Source of the DNA: Marsupella aquatica
Lineage: Eukaryota > Plantae > Marchantiophyta
NCBI GenBank assembly: GCA_973895155.1
Contig: OZ316891.1
Span: 30,139,112 to 30,203,111 of the forward strand
Length of the DNA: 64,000 bases
Reading direction: 5' to 3'
Below, piece by piece: positions 38,142-51,070 of this stretch (the stretch's first letter is position 1; each line of letters begins with the position of its first letter). The position numbers and the translations under genes are program-made. The notes beneath the pieces are model-generated. The model saw nothing but the letters and a program-made list of their open reading frames with translations. It ran no database searches and was not told the origin of the DNA.

Positions 38142-41100
38142 TTGTTGCATGCGCGTGGAGAGCATGTCGTGGAAGGAACAACCGACTGAACCATGAATTC
38201 AGAAAGTGAATGACCGATCAAGTTGAGTGAAAAGTGATCCTGGCGAGAGTGACAGTGCAGTACACAAGATTGTCATCAGGCGAATGGTGTAATATTATTA
38301 GCGTACCTTTGGTACTCTTCAACTTTTTGGCTCTTTTGTACTCTCACGTTGTTTCGTTTGTTTACTCCCTTTTATTGGGACTTTGTATTGAATCATGTCT
38401 CCAGGTTGTGCAAGTTTTTCTTTTGGCAATGTTATATATATTTATTGATTTATTTAGATTTGAGATGGGTACTTGATTACAGTGTGTCTTGCCTTAGGGA
38501 TACCCTTGAACATAAATAGAGATAAGACCAAAAAAACATTGCAAAAGAATCTATTTTGTTTCACTTTCATCTGTGCCCCCATCCCTTTTTATGGTATGCA
38601 CTTCACTTTCGGTCCTTATCTAGATTTAGGGCCTAGAGGCTTCATTCTAGAAGTCTAGATCCAAACTCTAGCTTTTGTTCAGAATTATTATTATATAGAT
38701 GCCCGCACCCCCCCCCCCCTTTTTTTTTGGGGGGGGGGGGGGGGCGGGTTACAGGAGGGCATTGATATATATATATATAGTATAGTATTGTTTGTTGACA
38801 CTGCTTTGCAACTGTTTAGAGGAAAGTGTGCACCTACTAGGAAAAAAAACACTTTGCTGTGCTTTAATATTTTAGACTAGCATGATTGACATTCTTTGAA
38901 AGTAAATAAGGGTGAGGCACCCATATGTTAAGCAAACAACAGTTATTCATAGCCTAGCATGCACATATGCAACATCCAACATATATACAAACAGTGGACA
39001 CACGATGTAATTACACCAGGGACTAAGTCCATGGGAACACACAAAAAACTCTAAGTCTGTCGACCATTGATATATATTGAGGCCCCCTCAAACTAAGCTC
39101 TCCCTATATCCCGCCCTATATAGTTCACAATTAAACTCAATAAAAAAACCTTATACTTATTTGTGTGTGATGGGTCAGAGTACAATAAGTGAGTACACTC
39201 TGGCCCGGGTACGCAACTCTTATATAATAGACAGGGGTCTACATTTTTATATGGACTAAAAAGTTGGCTATACAAAATAATTAAAATTTGAAAAAACCTG
39301 GGTTTTCCACTTTTAAAAATTTTCAAGTCATATAAAAGGTTTGGTTTTCTTCTTTTTCCATATGAAATTAAAAAATATTCCTATACATGTTGTAATATTT
39401 ATTAAAATATTTTTAAAATTTAATAAAAATCCTAAAAATCTGGCTAGTTTGGCTGTAGACCCCTGTATTAAAAAAAACCCATATAATTTGGTTTTGATCA
39501 ACTTTTTGTACATCAAAACATGTTTGGTTTTTTTTTTAAGTTACATTTTTGGATTCCTTGAGTTGAGAGGTACAAGACTTTAGTAGACTAAAATGAAATC
39601 TAAGATGGTCAATTGGATATAAGGCCATTATAAGGAATTAAAAACTTGCCTTATAAAAAGGGGAGTTGCATACCCGGGCACTCTGGAAGTGGGGTCCTGA
39701 GGATTAAATTAGTTTTGGGGAGGAATGTAGTGGAAGGAACTATACATAATTTCTAGTATGAGTTTGGGGGCCCAGCCGCCCCAGTTTGGGGTGCAGTACT
39801 AGCTTGGTTTTAGGGACTTTAGTCAAATTTATCTTCTTGACCCTCCTATGCAGCCGTTTATCCTGGAGCTTACTAGGCTTTTTTGGGTTTAGTTTGCCAT
39901 TGTGGTGGACTTTTTCTTGGACTCTCAGACAGGTTATTTGGCTCTTTCGCCTTCATGCCGTTTTCCCTTATTTCCTCCCCTTTATCAGCCAGGTCTGTAA
40001 CCTTTATTAGTTCTCCAGCCTTTGGAATCATGTCTATCTCCCTGTTGGGCACCATAGTTTTCTTTCCCCTTGGGCACCTTCTGTGTCTTAGCAGTGATAT
40101 ATATCTAGTGTAGGTCCGAGGAGAGATAGTAAAACCTGTAAATAAAAAATTATAACTAAATGGTAAAGGTGTCGACTAAAGCATTCAGAAAGGACCCAGC
40201 TCAAAGCCCCCAATAGCATTACTTGTGCACTGCTGATTTGATTTAAAATGGCTGACAATGATGCCACGGTGTTCTTCAATGTGTGTGACCTGCTGTGATT
40301 CAGTGGATGAGCAGCATATTTTTTAAGTGCAAAATTCAACCAAATTCCACCTCCCGAAAAAGTGTTGGCCACTTGGCTAACATTCGTTACAATTTCTGTA
40401 TGCCATTTGCCACTTTCACGCCTACTCAGGGGTTTCACTTCCACAAAAATGGCACATCATGTGCGATGAAGGATAGGGTATTTCATTGGTTTGAAGGGAA
40501 GACTTAAGAATTTTTGCAGAAGAACAATAGGGTCTTTTAAATTCAATTTTGAGACTTATAAGAACATTAGGCTAGGGTCTTTCTAACTAAATTTTTGGAA
40601 TATTCAAATTTTATAGGGGTTGAATTTATTTTTTTAAATCTTACATTGTAGGGGTCCGAGGCCTAAAAACATCGCAAGGGATGGGGAGGCATCCATATAG
40701 TGAGACCCCCGAGCACACCTAATCATGGACCCCATTCGCCATAATCTAACGGTCATCCGTAAGTCTAGGGATCATGTCTCATGGTCAGGATTACGTAATC
40801 CAGGATCTCCTCCCTTAGAGCTGCTAACATTAGCCACACTGGCTAAAAATTCAAAAAATGTTTTAAAAATATGCTGATGAAGAGCTTGCTGTAAGTGGAA
40901 GTGAGGTGGGTGTTCCAAATTGTTGCCGCAACTAGCCAAGACAACAATGTGGATAGAGAATGCACTGCAGAGGAGGCAAAACGCATGTTGAAGGTGACAT
41001 GACGACTATGGTAGCTTTTTATTTATCACAGTGCCCAAGGGTAAAAAATGCCGAACTGGGAGACATGATCCCAAAGGCAAAGCAACCCAATGAAGGGGAG

Positions 41101-41610
41101 GAAAAGAGGGGAAAGGGCCCCCAAGAAAAACAACCAATGGGTCCCCAACCAAAAGCCAACAAAAGAACAAGGAACAAAAAGTAACCAGCAAAGTAGCTTT
41201 GCTCTGAAGTCTATCACCCTACTGAGCAAGCAAGGTAACTGGATCCAGAATGTAAGACCTCTTGAATGTACACTCACAATTGTGAGACCAGCAGGGTCAT
41301 TGCACTGTGTGAGGAAACAATAAAAAAATTCCTCGCATGAGCAAAAAATTTACTCACATGACCCCTAATTTTTCTATATGCAATTGTCTCGCTAAGAGTA
41401 ATCTGGTTGATAACATCCATTTTGGGGACTCCTCTTTTTGCTAGCCATCTGGAGTCATAAAAATAACACAAAAAATAGAAAAGGCAGCAAAAAGCAAAAG
41501 AAATTTAAGACCACAAGTGCATACAATACTCCACTGGCTAACACAGAAATACTCTTTGCTTGCATTATAGAATACCTCACCCTATAGATCGAGCATTTCA
41601 TGTGGCTGCT

Positions 41611-42045
41611 ATATGGTGAATCCACCTTTCAGATTTTGTCTCATTCATATTTTGTGTCAAATATTTTGATTTTAATGTGCCTTAACAAAATAAATCATTT
41701 GTATTAATTTGATTTTGAAATAACTTTAGTACCCCTCTTAATTTTAGTGAATTTATAGTATTTTGAATGTATTTGGCTCCCCTCATCAAGGTTTAATCTT
41801 TCCTTTTCAATCACTCCTTAGTGAATTCTCTTTCTTCTCATGAGAGTGTAAGAAATGAATTTGATCAATGTGAACATCTGGTGTATTAAGTTCCCCTCAT
41901 GGTTTACTTTGCAAAATTTATGGTTTTAATTGAGTTAAATGTCATTACCTAGAAGCAAGTGAAAATCTGTACTGTATGTGCACAACTCAACTCTTTAGTA
42001 CCTTTGTACTTTCTTGGTCATAATGTGATTTTATGTGCATATATT
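41611..42045 (+). repeat. Dispersed AT-rich repeat; direct copy at ~59753-60175
   Basis: ATATGGTGAATCCACC, CAATCACTCCTTAGTGAATT and CTTTAGTACCTTTGTACTTTCTTGGTCATAATGTG are collinear in both copies. Confidence 0.88.
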
Positions 42046-42580
42046 TTACATGTCCCTACTTAAATGAATTACATATCACTAGAAGAATAAAAAAAAAAGA
42101 CACTATATAGAGTGGCTCACATCTGATCGTGCGCCATACGTTTTAGTGCTCTAATGCAAATCTCATGAGATTTCGAATCTCTGCTAAATAAGAAACACAT
42201 GCTCTGAGCTTGGCGTGGAATTGAATCGTATGGGACCTGATAAAGGGGAGGAAATACGATCCTTGGAATACGTAGCGTGAATCTCTTGAACTGCTGTTTA
42301 CTGTTGATTCCTTGGTTTTCTACATCATTCTGTGTTTCTTGGTTGGTCGCTGGCCGACATAGGTGAGCTAACAAAGGTGGGAAATCTAGCAAGCTCGCTA
42401 CTTTGAATCCCAAATGCCTGCAACATCCCCCGGACGTATTGTACTTCGTACTGAATCTGTCAATTATGTCAATTATTGGACAATCAATCGAGAAGAAGGT
42501 TAGAGACAGATTGTGCAGTTGGCCTTCCCAGTTTTCTGTCAACCATGAATGGAAAAATTGGCAATTGAAACATCTAATGA

Positions 42581-42672
42581 GCCGAGTTCTCAATCGTCCC
42601 TAGCTCCGAATGTATCGATTCTGAAGCCGAGTTCTCAATCGTCCCTAGCTCCGAATGTATCGATTCTGAAGC
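42581..42672. repeat. Perfect tandem duplication, 45-bp unit x2
   Basis: GCCGAGTTCTCAATCGTCCCTAGCTCCGAATGTATCGATTCTGAA x2. Confidence 0.92.
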
Positions 42673-43879
42673 ACATTATCTGTACAGTCTTCTCCGCACG
42701 TCCAACACAGACCAAGGGAGGCAGGGCAGACAAACCGAGACAGATCGTGGTCAGTCTGTCTTCCTGCTGCAGCTTAACATGAAGCCACGGGTGCGGCCTG
42801 CCTAATTCTGACCGTCAGAATCCTGTGCCTACTTGGATTCCACGATGTTTGAACGACGGACCAAAAAGACACTGGACGTGCCGAATGACACAGAACTTCT
42901 TAAATTTATTTTCCATGGCAGTTCAACTGACATCGACGAAATCCGTGCAGATGATCGGATAATAAAGTTGAAGCTATGTCGTCGACTGATATCATTTGGA
43001 CGCAGAGGATCTCTGGACCTGACCTTAACACATTTATCAGTGGACCCATTACTGACCATCAAACAGTCTGGAAGCGGTTGGAAAGCAGACAGAGGATAAC
43101 AAGTCAGAGTTAAAACCCTTAGTCATACCAACAGACGGTTCTGTCACAGTCAAATGATCAGAGAAGCGCAGACTGAGCATCGGAAAGACTGTAAAGGTTC
43201 TGAAGTTCAGAACTTTTAGGTAGACCATCGGATTTTTCAAAAATTGCAAGCCATAGTCAATAATGAAAAGGAACAAATGTATCAGCTCAAGATCGGTGGG
43301 AATTTTGTCTGAAATCATGAATTACCGTGCCGATTTCAATATCTAATCATAACTATCTATATAGTATACACTTCAAAGTTTTCAAAACCTAGGATTTCCC
43401 TTCGGACGCCGTCATCAACGATCCACCCTCTCAAGGAAGCAATCACATGTGTATCAATGTGACCACATGATTCATACTGGCTGATAATCTAAGCTACTTG
43501 ATAGTTTTCAGCACTAACTTCTAAGCCTAAAGTAATGGAGACTGTTATGTGTCTGTACTTTCATCCAGGAAGGACGTATCTTCGACATGCATGCAGCCAT
43601 CTATCTAAAACTCAATTGCAAAATGGAGCCGTGGTCGGTCGGCGTGCCGGTGATTAACTCCGAACGCGCTAAAGCGAAAGCACCCTAGGCTAATTCCAAG
43701 GGCAGACCCAGTAGGCGCACATACAGTCGACAGTGCTCCTTATAGAACAAAATTGGATGTTCCTTACACCACCATTCGGGGTCGAAGAAAATTCCACGCA
43801 GCAGTAACCCTCTGCGATCTGCTACGTCGATTGTAAATCCAGAAGTTGCAGGAAAACTACAGTGTGACTTTCTGCTTTG

Positions 43880-45160
43880 TCATATGGAATATTTAATCGT
43901 GTTGATACACAAATCACCGTCACAATTGATCCTCAAAAACTTCAACATCTCTTGAGCTTGATGCTTGGTTTCTTTCTTGTTCGCGCCTTGAATGACTAGC
44001 AATAGTTGTCTCATGATTCCGTGCTTCATAGCCTGACAGTGCACCAAGGGATTCTCATCGACGAGAAGCATCGAATGAAGAATCTTCACAGCATGTGCAG
44101 TGACAATACTCGACTGCGAGATGATGGCTTTCACGATGAGCGGAATTGACAGGGCATGATCACACAGCGCCTCTCTTCCTTGACTGCACTTTGCAAGAAT
44201 GTCCAAAATTGCCAAAACTCCTTCCATGACCGACCTCCTTGCTCCTGGAAGAAGCTCAATCAGTGCCGCTATAGCACCAGCCTCCACTACTTTCAATCTG
44301 TTCTTCCTGGGCAAGCAGATTGCGTACAATGCTCTCAGGCCGGCCGTCAGTGCCTTGGGCGCCACATTGGGTGAATCCTCTTTTAGCACCCCGACTACCC
44401 CAGAAAGCAATCCATCCACAGCTGCCACTTCAGGAAGAGCACCATCATCCATTACCAAGCATTCCAGCACGATTACGGCGCTCATCTTGGCATCCAGGCT
44501 CGCCGTCCGCAACAACAAAGAAAGGGTTGATAGATTCTTTAGACCCACAGCCTGACCCACCACCTGCTTGATATCCTCATTGCTGGACAGAGCAGCCATA
44601 ACCCCCAAAGCCTCCTCGATGGATTTAGAATTCGCCTGGCTACCTACTAAATCGCTGTCATTATTAGAAACAGAGGCGGGAGAAGAGAGTATAGAGCTCA
44701 AGAGTGGGAGTGCACCACCATCCGCGATCATCTTCCGGTTCTTATCAGAGGCCTTCGCCATGGTCCTCATCAGCCTCAACGTCTCGACCTTGTCAGTTCC
44801 TGCTCTAATGTTGTCCAACATTCTCTTCACGTGCTGGTCATTGAGCAGCCTTGGGCTAGTGGGAACCTTGGTATGTGCATTGGCTGCAATACAGGCCACC
44901 GAAGCGGTATTTTGCCATCCCCGGATGCAATTTCTGAGGGTCAGGTTGGGAATGAGCTCCGCAGTTCGCAGCTCCTGTCTGGTTGTCGGGCAAGTCTTCT
45001 TTCCCGTTGAAAACCATCGTTGAATGCTGCCTCGCTCATATGTCTGCCCTGTCGACAGTGTCACGGGATCGTTCATCACCTCCAACGTGATCGGGCACTG
45101 AAATTGTGCCGGCACTTGAGTTTCTACACTCATCGTACATCCTTGATACCTGTCAAGCAT
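43880..45160 (-). CDS. Plant U-box/ARM-repeat E3 ubiquitin ligase (intronless, CMPG1/PUB20-26-like architecture)
   Basis: U-box VPAQFQCPITLEVMNDPVTLSTGQTYERGSIQRW...TCPTT...LIPNLTLR followed by ARM-like helices. Start ATG at 45160, or 45133. Confidence 0.92.
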   Translation of the reverse strand: MLDRYQGCTMSVETQVPAQFQCPITLEVMNDPVTLSTGQTYERGSIQRWFSTGKKTCPTTRQELRTAELIPNLTLRNCIRGWQNTASVACIAANAHTKVPTSPRLLNDQHVKRMLDNIRAGTDKVETLRLMRTMAKASDKNRKMIADGGALPLLSSILSSPASVSNNDSDLVGSQANSKSIEEALGVMAALSSNEDIKQVVGQAVGLKNLSTLSLLLRTASLDAKMSAVIVLECLVMDDGALPEVAAVDGLLSGVVGVLKEDSPNVAPKALTAGLRALYAICLPRKNRLKVVEAGAIAALIELLPGARRSVMEGVLAILDILAKCSQGREALCDHALSIPLIVKAIISQSSIVTAHAVKILHSMLLVDENPLVHCQAMKHGIMRQLLLVIQGANKKETKHQAQEMLKFLRINCDGDLCINTIKYSI

Positions 45161-48016
45161 CCCAGGAGTATTTCTCCAATCTAAAGCTCTTCGCGAGAGA
45201 CCACCTGTCGAATCTGTTGCCTGGACAATCCCCAACAAATCTCCTTGGGAACTTAAATTTTAGTTTCTTTCGAATAGCTGGGAGGTCGTGGAAGGGAACT
45301 CGGGCCTCCTCCTCTTGCTAGTGCGCCTCGTGATGAATCTGAGAACTACTGCTTATGCACTAGATCACCACTGTAACAGCCAACCCAAGCAGCTTCTCAT
45401 TCCAGTCTTGTTCCTGTCGGTCCTGCGCTCACTCACTCACTGGATCTGACTGGAGAGTAGTGGAGAGTGGAGACAGAACTGCGAAAGGTAACGCTGCGCT
45501 ATCCCTGTTCGGCTGTTCTCGACAGCCTTTACTGGCTCCGACGGGGACTGCCTTCGCCTACATGCTAGGGTCTACAGCCGTAGCTAGCTGGTACCTCACC
45601 GCTTTTCTCATAGGCTCCACCCACTTTCGGACGGCCCCTCTCCCAGCTTCATCACTATCCCAACCTCCGGCCCCCCAACGTCCTCCTCCTACTCCCCGCG
45701 AGCTTGTACTCCTGTAGAAATAATTGAAAATACACTTTCGCTGGCTTCACGCTCTCCGAAATCGCCAATTGTTTTTCTGTATCTATCTAGTTGATCCCCT
45801 CTGCCTCCATTAGCTGCCGCATTGCTTCAGTTCCTAGCAATCTGCCATCGTAGCATGCTGATCCTCTTCCTTTCTACGCTGACTTGCTAGCCAACGTGGC
45901 TTCGCTCGGTCGGTTGGTCTCTTGCCTTTGCTGCAGCTTCTTCTTGTTTCCTGTGGCTTCTCGTCCTGGCCCACGTATTTGCGCGAGTTGTTTCGTGGAC
46001 ATTGGCACATTTTGCTGTGTTCAATCACGGGCCCAGCAGGAGAGAGAGGACTAAAATTAATAGCGGATGACGATGCCTTTGCCGAGATCTTGATGATTCT
46101 GATTCTGATGATATTTACTAGAGGATCTCGACAGTACAATCTCTCTGTTCATCTCTCTGTTCGTGGTATCACTCTCAGTGGGTCCCCTGCCTGCCTACGT
46201 ACCAGTAACCTGGATCTGATTGCAATTGCGTTCTAAGTGGGTCACCTCCGTAAGTACACCAAGGCCCAAGACGCATTTCTCCCCAGCCAGCTCGACTTTG
46301 TCAATCTGCCGCTTGAGCAGCAGCAGCAGCAGCATCTCAGTCATCTCAGTCCTGTAGGTAAGCCAGAAGGAAACATTCGTTGTTGTGTCGTTATACGGCT
46401 GTAGCAGCTCTTGCCAGGTCTCATTTACGGTTGCAAATTCTCGTACTGCAGTACTGAACTGCTTCACCAGTTTTCACCGCGGGGTTGGGGGTGTTTACTT
46501 TGACGAGAACGAGCGGGACCTTTTCCATGCTCGAACGTCTAGCTGCAATTTGGTCAGGCTCCTTCGTTAGGATTACTACTGGTGCCAGATTGTTAGGAAC
46601 TGAAGCAGTTCACAGTACTGTAATCCTAACGAACTACTTCAGATCACCATATCCATTAATGGTATATTCCTTTCGTTCTCTCGAACGGAAACATTGTACT
46701 GAAAGTAAAAGAAACCATGGTTTACGCGGGGACTTCTCATGGAGACTGGCCCGGAGAAGACAGGAAGCAAGCAGATGCCGTTCGTATGCAAAACAGGGGA
46801 TGGCGAGGATAAAAAAGACCAGGAAAAACTGGGGGAGATTAAAATAAGATCTGTACACCATCAAGCGTGCCAGACACATATACTGGCAGTAAGTGCAACG
46901 GACGTACATTATTATAATGCGAATATGGCATCGTCTTTGCCGATAGTTTGACGAGAAAATTCAGTCCTCCCGTGTGCTTCCAGAGTTCCAGTTGGCTCCT
47001 GTGAATGCAGTGGGACTGGGAAGACTTGGGAAACAGAAACTTTTCAACTATAAGCTAAGCTATTAAGCGCTCTCGCAGTCTCACACCTCGATCGTCGGTC
47101 TCCACTCTAGGTGCCCAGGATTGTGAGTTGTGTAAATCGTGGCACCTGGGTGAAATTTCTTTCAGGCGAACCTCAACGCAAGTGAAAAACTCGAAGCCGA
47201 ACATGCCTAGACCTCTCTAGACCATCACCGCACTCAAAAATGTCATGTTCCACGTGTGTCTAATCATAATAAAAGTAGACTGACTCGAGTGGACTGGGCT
47301 GCCCAAGGTTCATCCCACCAGAATGCCAGATCAACGACTGCACACACAGTCACACAGAACAGAAATGCCTCACGTTTTCCTCCAGATTGTGTCCAACGAG
47401 AGCCACTTCTCCCGGTGACAGCGGACAGACCACAATCAGCGGACGTTGATCGAAAGGGAAAAATGTGACCGAAGAAGATGTCTTCCGGGTTCCCGTTCAA
47501 AAAATTACGTGGGGTCTACATTGACTCCGCCGCAATCCTCTTCGATATGCTTGGAGTCGTGCCTTTTTGTGCCTTCGTGGACCATAATATATAGCTTCGT
47601 GGGACGAACGGTCGACACTCGTCACGAAGGCTGCAGCCCACTTTGGCCTTCGAGTTCTCGGAGTGGCGTCTGACTGTTTCAGCCGTTTTCCTTCCTCGTT
47701 TTGGGACTCTGAGTGATGACTTCTTCTATGGTAATGTTGATGCCCTTGGTTACTCATTTCTTTCTACCTTGAAAGCCCTCGTTTTGCAAATAAAATCCCG
47801 GAAATAAAAAGCCCAGATAGACCGAGACATTGTCCCTGCCCATCCCCCTAGACTGGGTAAGCAATTACACCAAAATAAAAAGGAACTAGTCAAGGATAGC
47901 GGATGGAAAATTGCAGTTGACAGCTTTGATTACCTTGGGGAAAAAGTAGTCAAGACGTCTTGATGGTGATCATGAGTAATGGCATGAGGTCTTGACATCT
48001 TTCAGGTTCAAGGTAA

Positions 48017-48180
48017 TCAAGTGTTCAAGTTGCTGAGAAAACTAGTTTGGTAATGTAAATTGAAACTGATTGCACAGGGTAAGGGAGACCATGATAAGGT
48101 AGTCAAGTGTTCAAGTTGCTGAGAAAACTAGTTTGGTAATGTAAATTGAAACTGATTGCACAGGGTAAGGGAGATCATGA
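48017..48180. repeat. Tandem duplication, 86-bp unit x2
   Basis: TCAAGTGTTCAAGTTGCTGAGAAAACTAGTTTGG at 48017 and 48103. Confidence 0.9.
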
Positions 48181-49774
48181 TTCACAAGTCACATTTTAGT
48201 CAAAATTGTAAACAGTGGTATCTGAGTTAATTGAAATGTTCTGAGCAAGTCCATCCAAGCTTTGGCAGTACATCTGGGCTTCATAGAGAAAGTGGAGATA
48301 CATCTGGGCTTTAGTTTCCTTATTTTGGGAGAAAGACATCTTCTTCTAAGCTTAATGCCCTTGATAATTTGTTTATTTTAGCCTTCACAACAGAAAGCAT
48401 ACTCATCCGATAGAGGATAGATGCTCTGCTAGATGCATGCAATTCTGAAGGGTAGCCACAAAGGGGCCATAACTATGGATCTGACAAGGCCCCAACGAGG
48501 AGGGAGAGAGTGGTAAACTAGAGCCCCAAAGTGGAACAGCCAAGGGCTGAAGTGTTATTGGGAGCATGCAATAAATTCTGTAGGGTAGCCACAAGGGGAT
48601 GTTATTAGGGATCTGACAGGACCTAGACCAGGAGGAAGAGAGGGTTAAACTAGGGCCCCAAGGGAACCAGCCAGGGCAACCAGGGGTTGAAGAGTAACTA
48701 GTATTATTTTGCACCACTACACCCAACCCACACACAGAGTCATACCCTCCACACCCCTTTTGTGTGGCGGGGGATTGAACCTGCCTGAGACCTCTTGCCC
48801 TAGGTGAATTTTCCCTTTGTGTTTTTCAGTGCACTGTCTTGGGTAGAGATTTGGATCCCCTATTTAATAACTAGCTTGAGAGTATCCTACATTTTTAGTA
48901 AAATTAGTAAAAATTGGGTCACCTCTTTAATAACTTAAGAATCTACTGCACTATTACTAAAAGTAGTAAATAGTTATCTCTCATGCCTTAGTGTATTAAG
49001 GTCCTATTTCCAGAGAAATATATTCCTCCAGACTTGAGCCAAAGCCCTTATTTTTTGAGGCATCATGTCCCACTATGCTCTGGAAACAGAATATTATGAA
49101 CATAACCTCAAATGTGATCTCTATCAGAGTCTTTTGAACTGGATTGGAGAACAAAATACTATTTGTATGAAAGTGTGGGTAAAGTAGGGTATGTTACTCT
49201 AGATCCCCATCATTTGACTTTTTCTCATTCATATAGCAGATGGAGCTATGAAATCCTTAACCATACTACAAGTTTTCTAGTGAAACAATTGATGGTTGTG
49301 TACATTAGCTAGACAGTAGGGCTATGCCAAATACACTAGGGGAATGGCCCGGGGAAAGGAACGCAAGCATCAATAAAAACACACACAAAGCATTGAACAG
49401 AACACCCAAATTCATATCTTTTAGAAAGTTAGCACACTCCAAAGACAACTCAAGATATTACTCCTCCGGTTCTTGGTTGACCCTCTAGTCTCTCTCCGCA
49501 AGGCCCTTCATTAAGTCAACAGGGTGGGTATCCCTACCTCAAAAATTCTAGGGGCCAAACTAACATGCCTCCTTCCATGGGACTGCACTCAAATGCAAGG
49601 AAAAAACTTATAACTACTAAGTATTACCAAAGAAAATGAAGGATTTAAAAGACTTGGTTGTGTACAAACATATTCATTGTCTCGCTACATATACACACAA
49701 TTGCAAGCAGTACATTAATACCGGTATTGGGGGAACTTGAACTCCTATCACAACTTTACACGACCATTTTGTCT

Positions 49775-50400
49775 AAGGCCGACACTCAACAGGGGGGATC
49801 CCCTTTGCAGGTCATTGTTTGCCATGACTAGTCTTTGTGCAACCGGGTGTGCAACCCCGGCTTTATCATTGCTTTCCTGGGTTGCTTGTTCCCTTCTATC
49901 CCTGACGATACCCATATTCTGGCACCAGTTTTGGTTTGGCGCAATCATTCATATTTCCAGTTAGTTGACCCACTTGCCTTCCTTGTCTTGTCAATTCAGC
50001 CTAGGAAGTGTTGAGTCTGGTCTCCACATTTATCCACTTTCGACTTGTTTACTGGTCTCCCCCACCCCCCTCCATACACCCATTTGGACTGAGGGCATCA
50101 AGGTATTGGAGTTTCCTTTTGGTGAGTCAGCCTCTATGTGGGAGTTTTTGCAGGCAACAACATGATGTTTTACACCTTGACCAGTTGGTGGCATTAGCTA
50201 GGGGATGTCCAGATTGTCTTTTTGATATTGGTAAAGTGCTTTGTTCCCTTCCCAGGCATCTTATCTTCTCCAGACCGCACACCAACTAATACACTTTTTA
50301 CCTTATTCATTTGATTCCATTTTGACGAGGGGCTTTGGTCACCTTATCCCCTATGGATTCTTTCATCAAGAGGATGGTTCTTTTGCTACTGCCCCGGTGG
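49775..50400 (+). pseudogene. Old degenerate CRE-like reverse transcriptase fragment
   Basis: Frameshifted remnants GDPL..SLFA, CLFPSIPDDTHIL, EGIKVLEFPFG and QASYLLQT are collinear with GDPLGGPLFA, IFPSLSDDTHII, DGLRVLGSPVG and RASYLART of the 8528-11841 ORF. Confidence 0.75.
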
Positions 50401-51070
50401 AAAGCAAGATTGAGGGAAAATAAATGTTCTCTTTTTTCTCCATTTTCAGTGCCTGAGTCCCTAGCAACAGACAAGAGGCCCAAAGTGTTGCATGGAATGG
50501 CCAGGATTGCATGGCAAACTTTTTGGGAGTCCCAATTGTTTGGGGAGTGTGTCCAACATCTGTGTACTTGGTTTGCCATGGTACAGCAAAATGTGACAAT
50601 ATAGGATGAATAGCACTAAATAATTGGAAGAAAATAATTAGGTTAATCATGGTATCATGGAGTGATGATGTCACACACATTTTGATATGTAATTACCTGG
50701 CCACCATGTAAACATCTCTCTCATTACTTGCCTTGTGGCAAAATTCCTGCCTGACAAGGATGGAACATCATTGACAAATATATAATATAGCTCTCATTAC
50801 TATATATATACCCTGCCAAAAATACAGAAACACCCAACCCAGAGACATGGTGCAACTGAAGAGGCAAAAAGACCCAATAAAGGGGGGGAAGAAAGGAAGG
50901 AGGCCCCAAGAAGACCAGCAGGCCCAACGAGCAGGGAGTCCCCTTCAACAACAAGGGAACAAACACAAAAACAAAGAACCTACAAAGAATCCATGAAAAC
51001 CAACACCCAATTGGGTGGAGAATTGAAAAGTTTGATAGGGCTTGGGATTAAATCGCATAGGAGTACGAAG

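Noticed and set aside
45400-47800. Short ORFs upstream of the U-box gene (e.g. 46195..46467)
   Set aside because: No recognisable domains. More likely 5' UTR, intron or promoter sequence; cannot be resolved without transcripts.
48760-48800. tRNA gene (T-loop GGTTCAATCC on the minus strand)
   Set aside because: No cloverleaf or A box was found, so it is treated as a SINE-like remnant.
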